Origin: Eledone cirrhosa
Lineage: Eukaryota
Length of the DNA: 64,000 nt
Assembly (NCBI GenBank): GCA_964016885.1
Contig: OZ024741.1
Span: forward strand, 266,600,001 to 266,664,000
Direction of reading: 5' to 3'
Of the stretch, positions 56,845-64,000 are shown one piece after another (within the stretch, counting starts at the first letter, position 1; every line of letters begins with the position of its first letter). Made by a program: the position numbers and the translations under genes. Under the pieces are notes generated by a model that saw only the letters and a program-made list of their open reading frames with translations, did no database searches and was not told the origin of the DNA.

Positions 56845-57540
56845 TGTGTGACATTAGTGGTTAGGTGTTGGATTCTTAATTGTAAGGTTGGGAATTCAAT
56901 TCCCAAACTAGGCAGTGTGTTGTGTCCTTCAGCAAGATTTTATTTCACATTACTCCAGTTCACTCAGTCAGAAATCATGAGTTTCAACAACACTGTAATA
57001 TAATCGTGTTAGTGACACAACAAAAAGCACCCAGTCCACCTTGTAAAGTGGTCGCGTTGGTAACGCAACAAAAAACACCCAGGCCACCTTGTAATGTGGT
57101 CGTGTTGGTGACACGACAAAAAGCATCTAGTTCAACCTGTCAGTTGATCGTTTTAGTGCCAAGATAAAAAGCACCCAGTTCATGGTGTAAATGTGGTTGG
57201 CATTAGGAAGTGCATCCATGCATAGAAACCAAGCCAGAAACAGTTCTGTATGAGCAAGACATGGTCACCTGATCTTACTTGTCTCACATCAGGACAATTT
57301 GTTTAACCCATCCTAGTGTGGAAAAATGGGTGTTAAACGGTGATGATATGAGTTTCAATAACACTGATGTCAAGCTGTATTAGCCGTTGTCTTTCCTCTT
57401 CCCTTGGACATCATCAGTGTCATGGAGACAAGAGGTTGGCATGCATGAGTGACTGATGGTCTTTCACAAAACCACCTGCCCAGGTTTGTGCCTTGAAGAG
57501 GAACTTTCCAAGTACAAAACCTTGGCCAATCATGACCAAA
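56845..57540 (+). mobile_element. tRNA-SINE split by an RTE 3'-UTR insertion (56996-57347) with a 19-bp TSD
   Basis: TSD ATGAGTTTCAA(C/T)AACACTG at 56977-56995 and 57348-57366; the SINE halves rejoin to match 53424-53747. Confidence 0.88.
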
Positions 57541-58096
57541 GTATATCATATCATATATATATTGCCTATTGTATAATGGGATACAGATATTCATTTTACT
57601 ATAGTGCCTCAGTCATTCCTACTTCTGATTCTGACACTAGGGCAGACTGTAAATTCAAACTTGAACAATTACAGTAAACTATTAACATTTGCGGATATTT
57701 TTGATAATTTGATTGCTCCACTTGCGAATATATCTAAAGACAGGTTTGTTAATTCAAATGTTTATAGTATCTTTGTTACTGCACAAATCATGAAAATGTG
57801 TAATATTAGCATAGACTTCTATTTTCAATGCGATAGTCATAGGGCTGTTTTATACTTTTCAAGAATGTCTTGCTAATGTGGATTTATGTGGTACGGAGTT
57901 TGATCTCGCCTCCAATACACTTCTGGTTCTGTAGCATAAAGGGTGTATAAGTAAAAGGTGACAACCCATCCAACCTGTACCAACATGGAAAACAGACATA
58001 AAACAATGACTGTGATAATGACATTGATTTCAACAATCAATTGTATTGTGTTTGTATTTGTACTAATCCTGATGCTAATATAATCTTTATTTCTAG

Positions 58097-58273
58097 ATTA
58101 ATGCTTTGCCAGCTGGTTTGGATAATCTTGTACTGGTGAATGAAGAGACCCAAAAAAGAACTTTCGCTGTAGCCAGTCAAAGTGGTGGTGGTGGTGGTGT
58201 TGATACCAGTGGGAGAAAATGGAAGACAGGAGAGCTGGAGTTTGAGGCACTCATGCGCATGATGGACAACAGT
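58097..58273 (+). CDS. hts: Adducin/hts coding exon F (177 nt)
   Basis: tttatttctAG|ATT acceptor, AGT|GTAAGT donor. INALPAGLDNLVLVNEETQKRTFAVASQSGGGGGVDTSGRKWKTGELEFEALMRMMDNS, with the conserved KW..GE.EFEALMRM.DN motif. Confidence 0.96.
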
Positions 58274-58344
58274 GTAAGTTTCTGTTTATCTTTTTGTTTT
58301 CCTTTCTGTGTGTGTGTGTGTGTGAACGCGCGCACACTTTATTG

Positions 58345-58905
58345 AGGATCCTCTCTCAGCAAAGGGTAGATAAGTGCAATGTTGCATGGGCTGTGAATAG
58401 AGGATGTGTGAAGCATTGATCATACAATACCTGTGTGGGAAGTGCAATGTTGCATGGCAGTGAGACATGGGCAATGAATGCAGAAGATATGTTAAGGCTA
58501 CAGAGAAATGAATCAAACTTGCTCCACTGGATGCGCATGGATGAGTTGAGAAGAACTGGAGTTAGGGGAAAGGAAGTATTGTGTGCCAGAGAGAAGATTA
58601 TCCTGGTATAGATTCCAGTGGAAGTAAGACTGAGGCATATCTAGGCACAGTTGGTGAGAAATGATTTCAGGCTGCTGAACCTAACAGAGGAAATGTTGAA
58701 GGAATGCAACAAGGTGGAAAGAAACTTTACTGGGGAAGGTGACCACAGAAAAGAAAGACTGAGGAAAACCTAAGCAGAATTGGTGAGAGTTGATCTTTGA
58801 ATAGTGAACCTCTCAAAGGATCTTAACAAATGAAGGGAAGTTGAACTGGTGAAGACCTATCCAACCCATGCAAACCTAGAAAAGCTGACGTAAATATGAG
58901 GATGA
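58345..58905 (+). mobile_element. Degenerate RTE LINE 3' fragment
   Basis: Translates [30 protein letters not shown]; ends with an ACCCATGC...GATGAT-type tail. Confidence 0.75.
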
Positions 58906-59411
58906 TATATACATTATTTAGAACACAGAATCTGATACCATTCCTCTCCATAATTTTTACCTGGTTTCTCTGAAGATAGGAATGTAGCTTATTGGTAAAC
59001 TGCCATAATTAAAAGTTTACTTTGCTGACTTCTGTCTGAAAATCTACAATGTGTGTGTTTGTGTGTTCGTCAGTCTGTGTTTGTGTGTTCGTCTGTCTGT
59101 GTTTGTGTGTTCGTCTGTCTGTGTGTGTTCGTGTGTGGTGATGTTTTATTGTAATGTTTCATGTATTTTCATTTTATATAAATGTCAAGTTTTGGGCCCA
59201 AAACGTTAATCAATGCCCAGGATAATCCCATCAACCCCCTGGGGGTCAATATCATCCATGTTGGGGTCCCCTGAGTTAAAGTATAAAGATTTAGCTATAT
59301 GTTTTGGAGTGAGGAAAAAAACAATTTATAGAAAGGTAAATACATAGTAAGTTGTGTATTGTAATAGTAAATACATATGAGCTGATAGTTTAGTGAAGGT
59401 TTTATTTTATA

Positions 59412-59993
59412 CTAGCTGATATGCCCAGCTTTGCCCTGGTAAACAGATAAGAGAAGACAGGTAGAAGGGAAAATGACTATACTGGATGTTTGTCTGGTTT
59501 ACAGTATGAGGTGAGACCGTGGTGTGTGTGTGTGTTACAAAAAAGATAAACAGTAAAAGAAATCTTCCAGATACGCCAGATTCTTCGTTTTACCGTTTGT
59601 GCATAGTATATGAAGATTTCTAGGTGTTCCCACTCGTGAACAACCTTCATATAACTGTTCATAGGCAAAAAGCGTTTCTCTTGTATTCAATTTTACAACT
59701 TTGAAACTCTGAGCCTGAGCTTTATCTATAGTCATAGCAAAATTGGCTCTAACAGGGAACTGAAGTCTTGAGAATTTGAATGGCAGCTCGGTAGAGGAAG
59801 GGATAAAAGGAATCTTGGGAATAAAGGCATTTTCTCCTTGATTGCCTTCAAGAATAGTGACCTCTAGGAGATGGTTTATCATCTTCCTAGCTGTAAAGTG
59901 TGTGCCATTGCATAGAAATAGCGGGTCCATGTTTCTCAAAAGGAGAATGGAACTTCAAATCTTTTATATAATATATAAATATAGATATATAGA
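59412..59993 (-). mobile_element. Internally deleted Helitron retaining the PIF1 helicase C-terminus (59535-59939)
   Basis: LCNGT...IPKIP...LPFKFSRLQFPVRANFAMTIDKAQAQS...QLYEGCSRV is a decayed RepHel motif V/VI (RxQFP..FAMTINKSQGQ...QLYVA.SRV). Same-strand 5' A|TC and 3' hairpin plus CTAG|T (59412-59415). Confidence 0.9.
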
Positions 59994-60659
59994 TAATTGT
60001 ATATAAACATGAGTGTTCGCATGCACGTGTGTGTGTGTAAACCAGCATCCAAATCGTGTTTAATTCTCTGTGTATCTGATTATGTGTGTGTATGTAATTT
60101 ACTAAGGCGTAACCTACGTAACAAATGCGCACTCAGACACACACACACACTCACAGACAGTCATATACAAAATGTGATGTCGTCGTGTTATAAAATGTTT
60201 AATTATAATTGTCTATAGTAAATTATTTTAGATGAAGTGTTATATTGTTTTAATCCAAATGAAAATAAAAATTATATATTGTTATTCCCGGGGTCTAATA
60301 CTTGTAAAATTTTATTTGATTTGGTTGAGCCATTTTGGAATACAGAGACAGAATTTTATATATAGAGAGATGGCTTATAACAATATAGACGTGGCTATGT
60401 AGTGAAGACATTTGCTTATAAATCACATGGCTTGACACCTTGGTGAACTAATACCTTGTGCGTAAAATTGGTAGGCAGAATCTGTAGGGAAGCTTATTGA
60501 ATGGATTGTATCTGTAATTACTAAATTACTCCAACTTATTTGAAAGTCATAAGCAGTGTATTTCATTAGAAATATGGGAAATATGAGAAAGGGTTGAACT
60601 ATATTTTGAGAAGACAATAACATTATTTACCTGTCATATTAATTTTTCTTCTGGGAGGG

Positions 60660-61230
60660 TTATGAAAGCAGAGTCCTCAAACCTGCCTTCCAGTGGGTCC
60701 TGCTAGAAGCAACCATCTCCAATTGATCTAACTGGATGTTAAACAGCTATATTGCTCAGTCTACCCCCAAGTCTCTTACCAACTAGTTTTGTCTGTAAAG
60801 TCTGTCCTGTGGTTCTTTCCTGAGACATTCTAACCACATGTCCATAATATCGGAGCTGTGGTCTCTCAATTAGAAGTAGCAGCTCTACCAGGAGCGACTC
60901 TGATCTTCAAGCTACACACTCTATCAAATAATGTTATTCCAAAGACCCTTCAGAGGAACCCTATTTTGGTCGCTTGTATTCACGATTGTATTCCTTCTGC
61001 TAAGATTCATGACCGTAGGTAAGGGTTGGCACAAATACCCAATTGAAGATGGTGAGTTTGGCTTTTACACCTACCTCCCTTCTTCTGATGACCAAATGCT
61101 GAAGCTGGTGGTTTACTGCACTTGATTCAGCCTCTTGCATTTCATCACTCATGAACACAGCCCTAAGATATTTGAACTTCTCCACATGCTTTGGGTGAAC
61201 TCCATTCACATGTAAAGTGCACTTTCATTC
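60660..61230 (-). mobile_element. Degenerate RTE-type LINE fragment (a different subfamily)
   Basis: VEKFKYL...KAKLTIFNWVFVPTLTYGHES; contains stops and frameshifts. Confidence 0.75.
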
Positions 61231-61845
61231 GTATACAGTTGTTTTAATAGGGATATTAATTTTGTGATCAGTCTGGCAAGAAAGCTTGTACTGACCCTAG
61301 TTTTTAATTAGTTTCACTACAAGATGTAATTTCCTGTAAATTATTTCTAATTGGAAGTTTTCCATTTCCTCTAGAGATTATCAAAATATGATTGGTCATA
61401 GTTTATAGCTTCTTAGCTGTTGCTTTTCCAAATATGAAAAAATATCACCATTTTATATCTACTTTCCATGCTAGCTTGGGTTGGATAGGTCATCATGATC
61501 ACCTAGGCAAATTGGGGACCCTGTATTGTTCGTATCTTCCAATTATTGGCATGCTTCCTTTGGTTGAACTCTCTTTCCAACACTAACCAATATACTCACC
61601 CTACTAGGTGAATTTTATTGTGGATCCGGTCACTAGAAAGGTTATGTCCTTGGCAAGACTGAAGTGTCCCCTCTAACCTGCATTGACTCCGTTTAACTGT
61701 CAACTACAGTGCACAAGGTACATTTTATCGTGGCACTAACATTAGTGAGGTTGTCTTGTCCACAACAAGCCTAAAAATTTAATAATTTATTAATTATACA
61801 TTTTTTTAATTGCTTTATTAATTTTTTTTTTTTTTTTCATTGCAG

Positions 61846-61985
61846 GGTTTCCGCACAGGGTATATCTATCGTAACCCTTTAATCAAACAGGAGAAAGATC
61901 ACACAAACAGTGACATTGAGGTACCACCTTCATCAAGCTCTTTCACCTATGTTTATGATGGAGATGTTGACCGCTCCAAATACGT
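61846..61985 (+). CDS. hts: Adducin/hts coding exon G (140 nt, ends phase 2; gene continues downstream)
   Basis: poly-T tract then cattgcAG|GGT acceptor, TACGT|GTAAGT donor. GFRTGYIYRNPLIKQEKDHTNSDIEVPPSSSSFTYVYDGDVDRSKY (GYRTGY.YR.P and SDVE.P motifs). Confidence 0.95.
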
Positions 61986-63271
61986 GTAAGTTAATTGTGT
62001 TTATTTCTCATAATTTAAAAAATTGTGTATCCATCTTGCTCTAGACCTACCAAATTAGGAGGAAAAAGAAAAGTTTTACTTCATTCACTTTAATAAGTTA
62101 TGAGTGTAGTAAGACCAATATTGTGCTTGCTACTTAATGCTACAAAATTTAGATGAGAGCATCAGTTTTGAGCCCTTGAAACTCCGACACACATGCACAC
62201 ACAGGCTATTGTAAAGAGAGGAAAATGGTGCTATTGTTGCCTGGGAAAAGGAAGTAAACAAAAATTTAAGAAACTTGTTGAAACTTTATAAAATGGATAA
62301 AATAGTAAAAGAATATGTAATGTAGTTATGAAACAAAACTATACCCTAAATGACACTTTAAAATATTTAAAATATTATATTAAAACTTCATAAAAAAATA
62401 TTTTCCACTTATGGGAACTTTAAAAGAACTCGTGCCATTGAAACATAATGTGTTGATTAACTACCTCGGATTATACATTTCTCAGACATAAAATATGAGG
62501 GGGGGGGGGGAGTTGGTTTATAAATGAATATATACAACAGTTGGTTTTAATACTGTTTTTTTTTTTTTTTATGGGTGGTAGAAGATAATGTTTTTAAGTT
62601 CAGGTTTGATATAGTAATGATAACTAAACACTTGGCCCAACCTTTTCTCCAGCTTATTTTGCCAAGTTCATGCAAGCATGGAAAATAGATATTTAAACTG
62701 ATGATGATTGCTAGAACTGATTGGGAATGAAAATTACATTGTTTTCTCCTCCTCCCTCTACAGTGTGCAATAAATGAGATATCTGGATAAATTGGTTATT
62801 TTAAACTTTATCCAAAATTTGACACTTTGGCGTTGAAATCTTTGTGAAGGTTAACTTTTTCATCTCCCCTGGACTTATATAAAGAGCCAGAAGAAACACC
62901 ATAAATCTACTCCCATATAATATTATTTTCTAATTTAGGCACAAAGCCAGTAATTTTGGAGTGGAGGAGAAAGTCAATTAAATTGACTTCAGTACTTCAC
63001 TGGTACTTAATTTTATTGGTCCTAAAAAAAACGAAAGACAAAGTTGACATCAGCAGGATTTAAACTCAGAATATAGTCAGGATAAATACCACAATGCAGT
63101 TCCTACCAATCTATCACCTTTATATAATACTACCACTAATAATAATAATAGTAGGATCAGCACACTTGCTAGAGTGAGAGTACTATCCTCACAGCAATAT
63201 TTACTTTGGACCATTGATGAAAACAAGAAACTCAGACACAAAAATCTATATATTAATACACTTGTACCATA

Positions 63272-63833
63272 TGTCCAACCGTGTGTGTCATGCTTTCAGT
63301 AATTACATAGTAATTTATATGCTGTTGAAATAAATCCCTATCATACATACAATAATTTGGTGTAATGCCTTGCGCCGAATATTTTCTTTCATTGTCTTAT
63401 CATTCACTACCCAAGAATGACTTCAACTCCCAGCAGAAGAAATTATATATTTTATATTACTATCGTGAGGTAAGTTGAAAATTGATAATACACTATTTTT
63501 GCCTCCGCCAAATAGGTAATGCTTTACCCTCAGTTAGTTTGTTTGTCATAAATAAAAACTTGTAACAAAAAAAAAAAAAACTGAGGGTAAAGCATTACCT
63601 ATTTGGTGGAAGTAAAAATAGTGTATTATCAATTTTCAACTTACCTCACGACAGTAATATAAAATATATAATTTCTTCTGCTGGGAGTTGAAGTCATTCT
63701 TGGGTAGTGAATGATAAGACAATGAAAGAAAATATTCGGCGCAAGGCATTACACCAAATTATTGTATGTATGATAGGGATTTATTTCAACAGCATATAAA
63801 TTACTATGTAATTACTGAAAGCATGGTTGGACG
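63272..63833. mobile_element. Foldback/MITE with ~247-bp near-perfect inverted arms and TA flanks
   Basis: 63289-63535 is the reverse complement of 63579-63825 with 4 mismatches by eye; outer GTCCAACC/GGTTGGAC; TA at 63270-71 and 63834-35. Confidence 0.9.
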
Positions 63834-64000
63834 TACTTTACTTAAGTTACTAGAAACATTGTATATAGGGAAGTGCTTTAAAGGATGTTTTTTGTGTGTA
63901 CTTTTATGAAATTATTTTAAATAAACTTACATTATTATACATAAAATAAAGGAAAATATAATTGTTTATTCACCAAAATACTGCAAATCAAACAACTTTG

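Noticed and set aside
56996-57200. Regularly spaced palindromic repeats resembling a CRISPR array or intrinsic terminators
   Set aside because: The whole 48-bp unit is repeated with no unique spacers, the context is a eukaryotic LINE 3' UTR, and there are no cas genes.

Overview
AT-rich, microsatellite-dense eukaryotic genomic DNA. The repeat landscape suggests an octopod cephalopod, but that is inference. The window lies inside one + strand gene, adducin/hu-li tai shao (hts). Seven internal GT-AG coding exons (6255-6500, 22273-22421, 35982-36212, 38873-39016, 56721-56819, 58097-58273, 61846-61985; 1186 nt, ~395 aa) splice in frame and encode the class II aldolase-like head and the start of the neck. 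I did not find the start or stop exons in the window. The introns are packed with tRNA-derived SINEs, RTE and CR1 LINE fragments, TTAA-targeting piggyBac-like MITEs, a mariner MITE and two Helitrons. Most notable: (1) a ~10.5 kb (TA/TG)n array holding four LINE insertions; (2) RTE reverse transcriptases with a C4HC3 PHD finger inside the RT domain; (3) a 48-bp hairpin-unit array with apparent compensatory variation in the RTE 3' UTR; (4) a near-perfect foldback with 247-bp arms. Most long ORFs in the track are microsatellite artefacts. I do not see a clearly new biological system; the findings are leads.
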